Positions 11,101 through 24,368 of a stretch of DNA of 64,000 nt are shown here, in pieces; position 1 is the stretch's first letter, and the number at the start of each line of letters is the position of its first letter. A program made the translations under genes and the position numbers. This DNA comes from Eledone cirrhosa (lineage: Eukaryota). Location: the NCBI GenBank assembly GCA_964016885.1, contig OZ024740.1, forward strand, positions 77,128,001 to 77,192,000, in the 5' to 3' direction. Under the pieces are notes generated by a model. It had not been told where the DNA came from. It searched no databases and saw only the letters and a list, made by a program, of their open reading frames with translations.

Positions 11101-14100
11101 TGGGGCTGGAGTGCTGTTGATGTTGATGTTGGTGTTGTTAGCGATGGTATTGGAGTTGGTGTTGGTGTTGGTGGTGGGGTTGGAGTGCTGTTGATGTTGA
11201 TGTTGGTGTTGTTAGCGATGGTATTGGATTTGGTGTTGGTGTTGGTGGTGGGGCGGGAGTGTTGTTGATGTTGATTTTGGTGTTGTTAGTGATGTTATTG
11301 GAGGTGGCGTTGGTGTTGGTGGTGGGGCTGGAGTGCTGTTGATGTTGATGTTGGTGTTGTTAGGGATGGTATTGGAGTTGGCGTTGGTGTTAGTGGTGGG
11401 GCTGGAGTGCTGTTGATGTTGATGTTGGTGTTGTTAACGATGGTATTGGAGTTGGTGTTGGTGGTGGCGCTGGAGTGCTGTTGATGTTGATGGTGTGTTG
11501 TTAGCGATGGTATGGGAGTTGGTGTTGGTGTTGGTGGTGGGGCTGGAGACTGTTTATGTTGATGTTTGTGTTTTTAGCGATGTCATTGGAGGTGGCGTTG
11601 GCGTTGGTGTTGGTGGTGGGGCTGGATTGCGGGTGATGTTGATGTTGGTGTTGTTAGCGATGGTATTTGTTGGTGTTGGTCGTGGGGCTGGAGTGCTGTT
11701 CACGTTGATGTTGGTGTTGTTAGCGATGGTATTGGAGTTGGTGTTGGTGTTGGAGTTGGTGGTGTGGCTGGAGTGCTGTTGATGTTGATGTTGGTGTTGT
11801 TAGCGATGGTATTGGAGTTGGTGTTGGAGTTGGTGGTGTGGCTGGAGTGCTGTTGATATTGATGTTGGTGTTGTTAGCAATGGTATTGGAGTAGGTGTTG
11901 GTGTTGGTGGTGGGGCTGGAATGCTGTTTATGTTGATGTTAGTGTTGTTAGCGATGGTATTGGAGTTGGCGATGGTGTTGGTGTTGGTGGTGGGGCTGGA
12001 GTGCTGTTGATGTTGATGTTGGTGTTGTTAGCGATGGTATTGGAGTTGGCGATGGTGTTTGTGTTGGTGGTGGGGCTGGAGTGCTGTTGATGTTGGTGTT
12101 GTTAGCGATGGTATTGGAGTTGGCGTTGGTGTTGGTGGTGGGGTTGGAGTGCTGTTGATGTTGATGTTGGTGTTGTTAGCGATGGTATTGGAGTTGGTGT
12201 TGGAGTTGGGGGTTGGGCTGGAGTGCTGTTGATTTTGATATTGGTGTTGTTAGCGATGGTATTGGAGTTGGTGTTGGAGTTGGGGGTTGGGCTGGAGTGC
12301 TGTTGATGTTGATATTGGTGTTGTTAGCGATGGTATTGGAGCTGGCGTTGGTTTTGGTGGTGGGGCTGGAGTGCTGTTGATGTTGATGTTGGTGTTGTTA
12401 GCGATGGTATTGGAGCTGGCGTTGGTTTTGGTGGTGGGGCTGGAGTGCTGTTGATGTTGATGTTGGTGTTGTTAGCGATGGTATTGGAGCTGGCGTTGGT
12501 GTTGGTGGTGGGGCTGGAGTGCTGTTGATGTTGATGTTGGTGTTGTTAGCGATGGTATTGGAGCTGGTGTTGGTTTTGGTGTTGGGGCTGGAGTGCTGTT
12601 GATGTTGATGTTGGTGTTGTTAGCGATGGTATTGGAGCTGGCGTTGGTGTTGGTGGTGGGGCTGGAGTGCTGTTGATGTTGATGTTGGTGTTGTTAGCGA
12701 TGGTATTGGAGTTGTCGTTGGTGTTAGTGTTTATGGTGGGGCTGGAGAGCTGTTGCTGTTGATGTTAGTGTTGTTAGCGATGGTATGGGAGTTGGTGTTG
12801 GTGGAGGGCTGGAATGCTCTTTATGTTGATGTTGGTGTTGTTAGCGATGGTATGGGAGTTGGTGTTGGTTTTAGTGTTGGGGCTGGAGTGCTGTTGATGT
12901 TGGTGTTGTTAACGATGGTATTGGAGTTGGCATTGGTGTTGGTGGTGGAGCTGGAGTGCTGTTGATGTTGATGTTGGTGTTGTTAGCGATGGTATGGGAG
13001 TTGGTGTTGGTTTTGGTGTTGGGGCTGGAGTGCTGTTGATGTTGGTGTTGTTAGCGATGGTATTGGAGTTGGCATTGGTGTTGGTGGTGGGGCTGGAGTG
13101 CTGTTGATGTTGATGTTGGTGTTGTTAGCGATGGTATTGGAGTTGTTGTTGGTGGTGGGGCTGGAGTGCTGTTGATGTTGATGTTGGTGTTGTTAGCGAT
13201 GGTATTGGAGTTGGTGTTGGTGGTGGGGCTGGAGTGCTGTTGATGTTGATGTTGGTGTTGTTAGCGATGGTATTGGAGTTGGTGTTGGTGGTGGAGCTGG
13301 AGTGTTGTTCATGTTGATATTGGTGTTGTTAGCGATGTTATTGGAGGTGGCGTTGGTGTTGGTGCTGGGGCTGGAGTGCTGTTGATGTTGATGTTCGTAT
13401 TGTTAGCGATGGTGTTGGTGTTGGTGTTGGTGGTGGGGCTGGAGTGCTGTTGATGTTGATGTTGGTGTTGTTAGCGATGGTATGGGAGTTGGTGTTGGAT
13501 TTGGTGTTCGGGCTGGGGTGCTGTTGATGTTGAGGTTGGTGTTGTTAGGGATGGTATTGGAGTTGGCGTTGGTGTTGGTGTTGGGGCTGGAGTGCTGTTG
13601 ATGTTGATATTGGTGTTGTTAGCGATGGTATTGGAGTTGGTGTTGGAGTTGGTGGTTGGGCTGGAGTGCTGTTGATGTTGATATTGGTGTTGTTAGCGAT
13701 GGTATTGGAGTTGGTGTTGGAGTTGTGGGTGGGGCTGGAGTGCTGTTGATGTTGATATTGGTGTTGTTAGCGATGGTATTGGAGCTGGCGTTGGTTTTGG
13801 TGGTGGGGCTGGAGTGCTGTTGATGTTGATGTTGGTGTTGTTAGCGATGGTATTGGAGCTGGCGTTGGTTTTGGTGGTGGGGCTGGAGTGCTGTTGATGT
13901 TGATGTTGGTGTTGTTAGCGATGGTATTGGAGCTGGCGTTGGTGATGGTGGTGGGACTGGAGTGCTGTTGATGTTGATGTTGGTGTTGTTAGCGATGGTA
14001 TTGGAGTTGTCGTTGGTGTTAGTGTTTATGGTGGGGCTGGAGAGCTGTTGCTGTTGATGTTAGTGTTGTTAGCGATGGTATGGGAGTTGGAGTTGGTGGA

Positions 14101-17100
14101 GGGCTGGAGTGCTGTTGATGTTGATGTTGGTGTTGTTAGCAATGGTATTGGAGTTGGTGTTGGTGGTGGTGGTGGGGCTGGAGTGCTGTTGATGTAGATG
14201 TTGGTGTTGTTAGCGATGGTTTGGGTGTTGGCGTTGATGTTGGTGGTGGTGATGGGGCTGGAGTGCTGTTGATGTTGGTGTTGTTAACGATGGTATTGGA
14301 GTTGGCATTGGTGTTGGTGGTGGAGCTGGAGTGCTGTTGATGTTGATGTTGGGGTTGTTAGCGATGGTATTGGAGTTGGCGTTGTTGTTGGTGATGGTGG
14401 TGAGGTTGGAGTGCTGTGATGTTGATGTTGGTGTTATTAGCGATGGTATTGGAGTTGGTGTTGGTGGTGGGGCTGGAGTGCTGTTGATGTTGATGTTGGT
14501 GTTGTTAGCGATGGTATTGAAGTTGGTGTTGGTGTTGGAGTTGGTGGTGTGGCTGGAGTGTTGTTGATATTGATGTTGGTGTTGTTAGCGATGGTATTGG
14601 AGTTTGTGTTGGTGTTGGTGGTGGGGCTGGAGTGCTGTTGATGTTGATGTTGGTGTTGTTAGCGATGGTATTGGAGTTGGTGTTGGTGTTGGTGGTGGGG
14701 TTGGAGTGCTGTTGATGTTGATGTTGGTGTTGTTAGCGATGGTATTGGATTTGGTGTTGGTGTTGGTGGTGGGGCGGGAGTGTTGTTGATGTTGATTTTG
14801 GTGTTGTTAGTGATGTTATTGGAGGTGGCGTTGGTGTTGGTGGTGGGGCTGGAGTGCTGTTGATGTTGATGTTGGTGTTGTTAGGGATGGTATTGGAGTT
14901 GGCGTTGGTGTTAGTGGTGGGGCTGGAGTGCTGTTGATGTTGATGTTGGTGTTGTTAACGATGGTATTGGAGTTGGTGTTGGTGGTGGCGCTGGAGTGCT
15001 GTTGATGTTGATGGTGTGTTGTTAGCGATGGTATGGGAGTTGGTGTTGGTGTTGGTGGTGGGGCTGGAGACTGTTTATGTTGATGTTTGTGTTTTTAGCG
15101 ATGTCATTGGAGGTGGCGTTGGCGTTGGTGTTGGTGGTGGGGCTGGATTGCGGGTGATGTTGATGTTGGTGTTGTTAGCGATGGTATTTGTTGGTGTTGG
15201 TCGTGGGGCTGGAGTGCTGTTCACGTTGATGTTGGTGTTGTTAGCGATGGTATTGGAGTTGGTGTTGGTGTTGGAGTTGGTGGTGTGGCTGGAGTGCTGT
15301 TGATGTTGATGTTGGTGTTGTTAGCGATGGTATTGGAGTTGGTGTTGGTGTTGGAGTTGGTGGTGTGGCTGGAGTGCTGTTGATATTGATGTTGGTGTTG
15401 TTAGCAATGGTATTGGAGTTGGTGTTGGTGTTGGTGGTGGGGCTGGAATGCTGTTTATGTTGATGTTAGTGTTGTTAGCGATGGTATTGGAGTTGGCGAT
15501 GGTGTTGGTGTTGGTGGTGGGGCTGGAGTGCTGTTGATGTTGATGTTGGTGTTGTTAGCGATGGTATTGGAGTTGGCGATGGTGTTGGAGTTGGTGGTGG
15601 GGCTGGAGTGCTGTTGATGTTGATGTTGGTGTTGTTAGCGATGGTATTGGAGTTGGCGTTGGTGTTGGTGGTGGGGTTGGAGTGCTGTTGATGTTGATGT
15701 TGGTGTTGTTAGCGATGGTATTGGAGTTGGTGTTGGAGTTGGGGGTTGGGCTGGAGTGCTGTTGATTTTGATATTGGTGTTGTTAGCGATGGTATTGGAG
15801 TTGGTGTTGGAGTTGGGGGTTGGGCTGGAGTGCTGTTGATGTTGATATTGGTGTTGTTAGCGATGGTATTGGAGTTGGTGTTGGAGTTGTGGGTGGGGCT
15901 GGAGTGCTGTTGATGTTGATGTTGGTGTTGTTAGCGATGGTATTGGAGCTGGCGTTGGTGTTGGTGGTGGGGCTGGAGTGCTGTTGATGTTGATGTTGGT
16001 GTTGTTAGCGATGGTATTGGAGTTGTCGTTGGTGTTAGTGTTTATGGTGGGGCTGGAGAGCTGTTGCTGTTGATGTTAGTGTTGTTAGCGATGGTATGGG
16101 AGTTGGTGTTGGTGGAGGGCTGGAATGCTCTTTATGTTGATGTTGGTGTTGTTAGCGATGGTATGGGAGTTGGTGTTGGTTTTGGTGTTGGGGCTGGAGT
16201 GCTGTTGATGTTGGTGTTGTTAACGATGGTATTGGAGTTGGCATTGGTGTTGGTGGTGGAGCTGGAGTGCTGTTGATGTTGATGTTGGTGTTGTTAGCGA
16301 TGGTATGGGAGTTGGTGTTGGTTTTGGTGTTGGGGCTGGAGTCTTGTTGGTGTTGTTAGCGATGGTATTGGAGTTGGCATTGGTGTTGGTGGTGGGGCTG
16401 GAGTGCTGTTGATGTTGATGTTGGTGTTGTTAGCGATGGTATTGGAGTTGTTGTTGGTGGTGGGGCTGGAGTGCTGTTGATGTTGATGTTGGTGTTGTTA
16501 GCGATGGTATTGGAGTTGGTGTTGGTGGTGGGGCTGGAGTGCTGTTGATGTTGATGTTGGTGTTGTTAGCGATGGTATTGGAGTTGGTGTTGGTGGTGGA
16601 GCTGGAGTGTTGTTCATGTTGATGTTGGTGTTGTTAGCGATGTTATTGGAGGTGGCGTTGGTGTTGGTGCTGGGGCTGGAGTGCTGTTGATGTTGATGTT
16701 CGTATTGTTAGCGATGGTATTGGAGTTGGTGTTGGTTTTGGTGGTGGGGCTGGAGTGCTGTTGATGTTGATGTTGGTGTTGTTAGCGATGGTATTGGAGT
16801 TGTCGTTGGTGTTAGTGTTTATGGTGGGGCTCGAGAGCTGTTGCTGTTGATGTTAGTGTTGTTAGCGATGGTATGGGAGTTGGTGTTGGTGGAGAGCTGG
16901 AGTGTTGTTCATGTTGATGTTGGTGTTGTTAGCGATGGTATGGGAGTTGGTGTTGGTTTTGGTGTTGGGGCTGGAGTGCTGTTGATGTTGGTGTTGTTAG
17001 CGATGGTATTGGAGTTGGCATTGGTGTTGGTGGTGGAGCTGGAGTGCTGGTGATGTTGATGTTGGTGTTGTTAGCGATGGTATGGGAGTTGGTGTTGGTT

Positions 17101-19200
17101 TTGGTGTTGGGGCTGGAGTGCTGTTGATGTTGGTGTTGTTAGCGATGGTATTGGAGTTGGCATTGGTGTTGGTGGTGGGGCTGGAGTGCTGTTGATGTTG
17201 ATGTTGGTGTTGTTAGCGATGGTATTGGAGTTGTTGTTGGTGGTGGGGCTGGAGTGCCTTTGATGTTGATGTTGGTGTTGTTAGCGATGGTATTGGAGTT
17301 GGTGTTGGTGGTGGGGCTGGAGTGCTGTTGATGTTGATGTTGGTGTTGTTAGCGATGGTATTGGAGTTGGTGTTGGTGGTGGAGCTGGAGTGTTGTTCAT
17401 GTTGATGTTGGTGTTGTTAGCGATGTTATTGGAGGTGGCGTTGGTGTTGGTGCTGGGGCTGGAGTGCTGTTGATGTTGATGTTCGTATTGTTAGCGATGG
17501 TATTGGAGTTGGTGTTGGTGGTGGGGCTGGAGTGCTGTTGATGTTGATGTTGGTGTTGTTAGCGATGGTATGGGAGTTGGTGTTGGATTTGGTGTTGGGG
17601 CTGGGGTGGTGTTGATGTTGAGGTTGGTGTTGTTAGGGATGGTATTGGAGTTGGCGTTGGTGTTGGTGTTGGGGCTGGAGTGCTGTTGATGTTGATATTG
17701 GTGTTGTTAGCGATGGTATTGGAGTTGGTGTTGGAGTTGGTGGTTGGGCTGGAGTGCTGTTGATGTTGATATTGGTGTTGTTAGCGATGGTATTGGAGTT
17801 GGTGTTGGAGTTGTGGGTGGGGCTGGAGTGCTGTTGATGTTGATGTTCGTATTGTTAGCGATGGTATTGGAGCTGGCGTTGGTTTTGGTGGTGGGGCTGG
17901 AGTGCTGTTGATGTTGATGTTGGTGTTGTTAGCGATGGTATTGGAGCTGGCGTTGGTTTAGGTGGTGGGGCTAGAGTGCTGTTGATGTTGATGTTGGTGT
18001 TGTTAGCGATGGTATTGGAGCTGGCGTTGGTGTTGGTGGTGGGGCTGGAGTGCTGTTGATGTTGATGTTGGTGTTGTTAGCGATGGTATTGGAGCTGGCG
18101 TTGGTTTTGGTGGTGGGGCTGGAGTGCTGTTGATGTTGATGTTGGTGTTGTTAGCGATGGTATTGGAGCTGGCGTTGGTGTTGGTGGTGGGGCTGGAGTG
18201 CTGTTGATGTTGATGTTGGTGTTGTTAGCGATGGTATTGGAGTTGTCGTTGGTGTTAGTGTTTATGGTGGGGCTCGAGAGCTGTTGCTGTTGATGTTAGT
18301 GTTGTTAGCGATGGTATGGGAGTTGGTGTTGGTGGAGGGCTGGAGTGTTGTTCATGTTGATGTTGGTGTTGTTAGCGATGGTATGGGAGTTGGTGTTGGT
18401 TTTGGTGTTGGGGCTGGAGTGCTGTTGATGTTGGTGTTGTTAGCGATGGTATTGGAGTTGGCATTGGTGTTGGTGGTGGAGCTGGAGTGCTGTTGATGTT
18501 GATGTTGGTGTTGTTAGCGATGGTATGGGAGTTGGTGTTGGTTTTGGTGTTGGGGCTGGAGTGCTGTTGATGTTGGTGTTGTTAGCGATGGTATTGGAGT
18601 TGGCATTGGTGTTGGTGGTGGGGCTGGAGTGCTGTTGATGTTGATGTTGGTGTTGTTAGCGATGGTATTGGAGTTGTTGTTGGTGGTGGGGCTGGAGTGC
18701 TGTTGATGTTGATGTTGGTGTTGTTAGCGATGGTATTGGAGTTGGTGTTGGTGGTGGGGCTGGAGTGCTGTTGATGTTGATGTTGGTGTTGTTAGCGATG
18801 GTATTGGAGTTGGTGTTGGTGGTGGAGCTGGAGTGTTGTTCATGTTGATGTTGGTGTTGTTAGCGATGTTATTGGAGGTGGCGTTGGTGTTGGTGCTGGG
18901 GCTGGAGTGCTGTTGATGTTGATGTTCGTATTGTTAGCGATGGTATTGGAGTTGGTGTTGGTGTTGGTGGTGGGGCTGGAGTGCTGTTGATGTTGATGTT
19001 GGTGTTGTTAGCGATGGTATGGGAGTTGGTGTTGGATTTGGTGTTCGGGCTGGGGTGCTGTTGATGTTGAGGTTGGTGTTGTTAGGGATGGTATTGGAGT
19101 TGGCGTTGGTGTTGGTGTTGGGGCTGGAGTGCTGTTGATGTTGATATTGGTGTTGTTAGCGATGGTATTGGAGTTGGTGTTGGAGTTGGTGGTTGGGCTG
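11100..19200. repeat. Higher-order repeat domain: 3521-bp-offset duplication plus nested 0.8-2 kb sub-duplications
   Basis: 11221 matches 14742 and the identical ORFs 11495/15016 share offset 3521; the offset becomes 3311 further on (12753/16064). The marker GTTGTCGTTGGTGTTAGTGTTTATGG occurs at 12711, 14006, 16022, 16799 and 18242. Its CTCGAG variant is only at 16830 and 18273 (offset 1443). Confidence 0.85.
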
Positions 19201-19203
19201 GAG

Positions 19204-22200
19204 TGCTGTTGATGTTGATATTGGTGTTGTTAGCGATGGTATTGGAGTTGGTGTTGGAGTTGTGGGTGGGGCTGGAGTGCTGTTGATGTTGATATTGGTG
19301 TTGTTAGCGATGGTATTGTAGTTGGCATTGGTGTTGGTGGTGGAGCTGGAGTGCTGTTGATGTTGATGTTGGTGTTGTTAGCGATGGTATGGGAGTTGGT
19401 GTTGGTTTTGTTGTTGGGGCTGGAGTGCTGTTGATGTTGGTGTTGTTAGCGATGGTATTGGAGTTGGCATTGGTGTTGGTGGTGGGGCTGGAGTGCTGTT
19501 GATGTTGATGTTGGTGTTGTTAGCGATGGTATTGGAGTTGGTGTTGGTGGTGGGGTTGGAGTGCTGTTGATGTTGATGTTGGTGTTGTTAGCGATGGTAT
19601 TGGAGTTGGTGTTGGTGGTGGGGCTGGAGTGCTGTTGATGTTGATGTTGGTGTTGTTAGCGATGGTATTGGAGTTGGTGTTGGTGGTGGGGCTGGACTGA
19701 TGTTGATGTTGATGTTGGTGTTGTTAGCGATGGTATTGGAGTTGGTGTTGGTGGTGGGGCTGGAGTGCTGTTGATGTTGATGTTGGTGTTGTTAGCGATG
19801 TTATTGGAGGTGGCGTTGGTGTTGGTGCTGGGGCTGGAGTGCTGTTGATGTTGATGTTCGTATTGTTAGCGATGGTATTGGAGTTGGTGTTGGTGTTGGT
19901 GGTGGGGCTGGAGTGCTGTTGATGTTGATGTTGGTGTTGTTAGCAATGGTATTGGAGTTGGCGTTGGTGTTGGTGTTGGGGCTGGAGTGCTGTTGATGTT
20001 GATGTTGGTGTTGTTAGCGATGGTATTGGAGTTGGCGTTGGTGTTGGTGTTGGGGCTGGAGTGATGTTTATGTTGATGTTGGTGTTGTTAGCGATGGTAT
20101 TGGAGTTGGCGTTGGTGTTGGTGTTGGGGCTGGAGTGCTGTTGATGTTGATGTTGGTATTGTTAGTGATGGTATGGGAGTTGGTGTTGGTGTTGGTGTTG
20201 GGGCTGGAGTGCTGTTGATGTTGATGTTGGTGTTGTTAGCGATGGTACTGGAGTTGGCGTTGGTGTTGGTGGTGGTGGTGTGGCTGGAGTGCTGTTGATA
20301 TTGATGTTGGTGTTGTTAGCGATGGTATTGGAGTTGGTGTTGGTGTTGGTGGTGGGGCTGGAGTGCTGTTGATGTTGATGTTGGTGTTGTTAGCAATGGT
20401 ATTGGAGTTGGCGTTGGTGTTGCTGTTGGTGCTGGAGTGCTGTTGATGTTGATGTTGGTGTTGTTAGCGATGGTATTGGAGTTGGCGTTGGTGTTGGTGT
20501 TGGGGCTGGAGTGATGTTTATGTTGATGTTGGTTTTGTTAGCGATGGTGTTGGAGTTGGCGTTGGTCTTGGTGATGGGGCTGGAGTGCTGTTGATGACGA
20601 TGTTGGTGTTGTTAACGATGGTATTGGAGTTGGCGTTGGTGTTGGTGGTGGGGCTGGAGTGCTGTTCATGTTGATGTTGGTTTTGTTAGCGATGGTATTG
20701 GAGTTGGTGTTGGTGTTAGTGGTGGGGCTGGATTGTTGTTGATATTGATGTTGGTGTTGTTAGCGATGGTATTGGAGTTGGTGTTGGTGTTGGTGGTGGG
20801 GCTGGAGTGCTGTTGATGTTGATGTTGGTAATGTTAGGGATGGTATTGGAGTTGGCGTTGGTGTTGGTGGTGGGGCTGGAGTGCTGTTGATGTTGATGTT
20901 GGTGTTGTTAGCGATGGTACTGGAGTTGGTGTTGGTGCTGGTGGTGTCGCTGGATTGCTGTTGATGTTGATGGTGTGTTGTTAGCGATGGTATTGGCGTT
21001 GACGTTGGTGTTGGGGTTGGTGGTGGGGCTGGAGTGCTGTTGATGTTGATGTTGTGTTGTTAGCGATGGTATTGGAGTTGGTGTTGGTGTTGGTGGTGGG
21101 GCTGGAGTGCTCTAGATGTTGATGTTGGTGCTGTTAGCGATGGTATGGAAGTTGGTGTTGGTGTTGGTGGTGGGGCTGGAGACTGTTGATGTTGATGTTT
21201 GTGTTTTTAGCGATGTCATTGGAGGTGGCGTTGGCGTTGGTGTTGGTGGTGGGGCTGGATTGCTGGTGATGTTGATGTTGGTGTTGTTAGCGATGGTATT
21301 TGTTGGTGTTGGTCGTGGAGCTGGAGTGCTGTTGATGTTGATGTTGGTGTTGTTAGCGATGGTATTGGAGTTGGCGTTGGTGTTGTTGTTGGTGTTGTGG
21401 CAGGAGTGCTGTTGATGTTGATGTTGGTGTTGTTAGCGATGGTATTGGAGTTGGTGTTGGTGTTGGTGTTGGGGCTGGAGTGCTGTTGATGTTGATGTTG
21501 GTGTTGTTAGCGATGGTATGGGAGTTGGTTTTGGTGTTGGTGGTGGGGCTGGAGTGTTGTTGATGTTGATGTTGGTGTTGTTAGCGATGGTATTGGAGTT
21601 GGCGTTGGTGTTGGTGTTGGTGGTGGGGCTGGAGTGCTGTTGATGTTGATGTTGGAGTTGTTAGCGATGGTATTGGAGCTGGCGTTGGTGTTGGTGGTGG
21701 GGCTGGAGTGCTGTTGATGTAGGTGTTGTTAGCGATGGTATTGTAGTTGACGTTGGTGTTGGTGTTGGTGGTGGGGCTGGAATGCTGTTGATGTTGATAT
21801 TGGTGTTGTTAGCGATGGTATTGGAGTTGGTGTTGGAGTTGTGGGTGGGGCTGGAGTGCTGTTGATGTTGATATTGGTGTTGTTAGCGATGGTATTGTAG
21901 TTGGCATTGGTGTTGGTGGTGGAGCTGGAGTGCTGTTGATGTTGATGTTGGTGTTGTTAGCGATGGTATGGGAGTTGGTGTTGGTTTTGTTGTTGGGGCT
22001 GGAGTGCTGTTGATGTTGGTGTTGTTAGCGATGGTATTGGAGTTGGCATTGGTGTTGGTGGTGGGGCTGGAGTGCTGTTGATGTTGATGTTGGTGTTGTT
22101 AGCGATGGTATTGGAGTTGGTGTTGGTGGTGGGGTTGGAGTGCTGTTGATGTTGATGTTGGTGTTGTTAGCGATGGTATTGGAGTTGGTGTTGGTGGTGG

Positions 22201-24368
22201 GGCTGGAGTGCTGTTGATGTTGATGTTGGTGTTGTTAGCGATGGTATTGGAGTTGGTGTTGGTGGTGGGGCTGGACTGATGTTGATGTTGATGTTGGTGT
22301 TGTTAGCGATGGTATTGGAGTTGGTGTTGGTGGTGGGGCTGGAGTGCTGTTGATGTTGATGTTGGTGTTGTTAGCGATGTTATTGGAGGTGGCGTTGGTG
22401 TTGGTGCTGGGGCTGGAGTGCTGTTGATGTTGATGTTCGTATTGTTAGCGATGGTATTGGAGTTGGTGTTGGTGTTGGTGGTGGGGCTGGAGTGCTGTTG
22501 ATGTTGATGTTGGTGTTGTTAGCAATGGTATTGGAGTTGGCGTTGGTGTTGGTGTTGGGGCTGGAGTGCTGTTGATGTTGATGTTGGTGTTGTTAGCGAT
22601 GGTATTGGAGTTGGCGTTGGTGTTGGTGTTGGGGCTGGAGTGATGTTTATGTTGATGTTGGTGTTGTTAGCGATGGTATTGGAGTTGGCGTTGGTGTTGG
22701 TGTTGGGGCTGGAGTGCTGTTGATGTTGATGTTGGTATTGTTAGTGATGGTATGGGAGTTGGTGTTGGTGTTGGTGTTGGGGCTGGAGTGCTGTTGATGT
22801 TGATGTTGGTGTTGTTAGCGATGGTACTGGAGTTGGCGTTGGTGTTGGTGGTGGTGGTGTGGCTGGAGTGCTGTTGATATTGATGTTGGTGTTGTTAGCG
22901 ATGGTATTGGAGTTGGTGTTGGTGTTGGTGGTGGGGCTGGAGTGCTGTTGATGTTGATGTTGGTGTTGTTAGCAATGGTATTGGAGTTGGCGTTGGTGTT
23001 GCTGTTGGTGCTGGAGTGCTGTTGATGTTGATGTTGGTGTTGTTAGCGATGGTATTGGAGTTGGCGTTGGTGTTGGTGTTGGGGCTGGAGTGATGTTTAT
23101 GTTGATGTTGGTTTTGTTAGCGATGGTGTTGGAGTTGGCGTTGGTCTTGGTGATGGGGCTGGAGTGCTGTTGATGACGATGTTGGTGTTGTTAACGATGG
23201 TATTGGAGTTGGCGTTGGTGTTGGTGGTGGGGCTGGAGTGCTGTTCATGTTGATGTTGGTTTTGTTAGCGATGGTATTGGAGTTGGTGTTGGTGTTAGTG
23301 GTGGGGCTGGATTGTTGTTGATATTGATGTTGGTGTTGTTAGCGATGGTATTGGAGTTGGTGTTGGTGTTGGTGGTGGGGCTGGAGTGCTGTTGATGTTG
23401 ATGTTGGTAATGTTAGGGATGGTATTGGAGTTGGCGTTGGTGTTGGTGGTGGGGCTGGAGTGCTGTTGATGTTGATGTTGGTGTTGTTAGCGATGGTACT
23501 GGAGTTGGTGTTGGTGCTGGTGGTGTCGCTGGATTGCTGTTGATGTTGATGGTGTGTTGTTAGCGATGGTATTGGCGTTGACGTTGGTGTTGGGGTTGGT
23601 GGTGGGGCTGGAGTGCTGTTGATGTTGATGTTGTGTTGTTAGCGATGGTATTGGAGTTGGTGTTGGTGTTGGTGGTGGGGCTGGAGTGCTCTAGATGTTG
23701 ATGTTGGTGCTGTTAGCGATGGTATGGAAGTTGGTGTTGGTGTTGGTGGTGGGGCTGGAGACTGTTGATGTTGATGTTTGTGTTTTTAGCGATGTCATTG
23801 GAGGTGGCGTTGGCGTTGGTGTTGGTGGTGGGGCTGGATTGCTGGTGATGTTGATGTTGGTGTTGTTAGCGATGGTATTTGTTGGTGTTGGTCGTGGAGC
23901 TGGAGTGCTGTTGATGTTGATGTTGGTGTTGTTAGCGATGGTATTGGAGTTGGCGTTGGTGTTGTTGTTGGTGTTGTGGCAGGAGTGCTGTTGATGTTGA
24001 TGTTGGTGTTGTTAGCGATGGTATTGGAGTTGGTGTTGGTGTTGGTGTTGGGGCTGGAGTGCTGTTGATGTTGATGTTGGTGTTGTTAGCGATGGTATGG
24101 GAGTTGGTTTTGGTGTTGGTGGTGGGGCTGGAGTGTTGTTGATGTTGATGTTGGTGTTGTTAGCGATGGTATTGGAGTTGGCGTTGGTGTTGGTGTTGGT
24201 GGTGGGGCTGGAGTGCTGTTGATGTTGATGTTGGAGTTGTTAGCGATGGTATTGGAGCTGGCGTTGGTGTTGGTGGTGGGGCTGGAGTGCTGTTGATGTA
24301 GGTGTTGTTAGCGATGGTATTGTAGTTGACGTTGGTGTTGGTGTTGGTGGTGGGGCTGGAATGCTGTT
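19204..24368. repeat. Near-perfect direct tandem duplication, 2579-bp unit (about 35 monomers) x2
   Basis: Rare variants recur at exactly +2579: CTGGACTGA 19692/22271, TCTAGA 21111/23690 and identical ORFs 21116/23695. The match starts at about 19204/21783 and breaks at 21790/24369. Confidence 0.93.
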
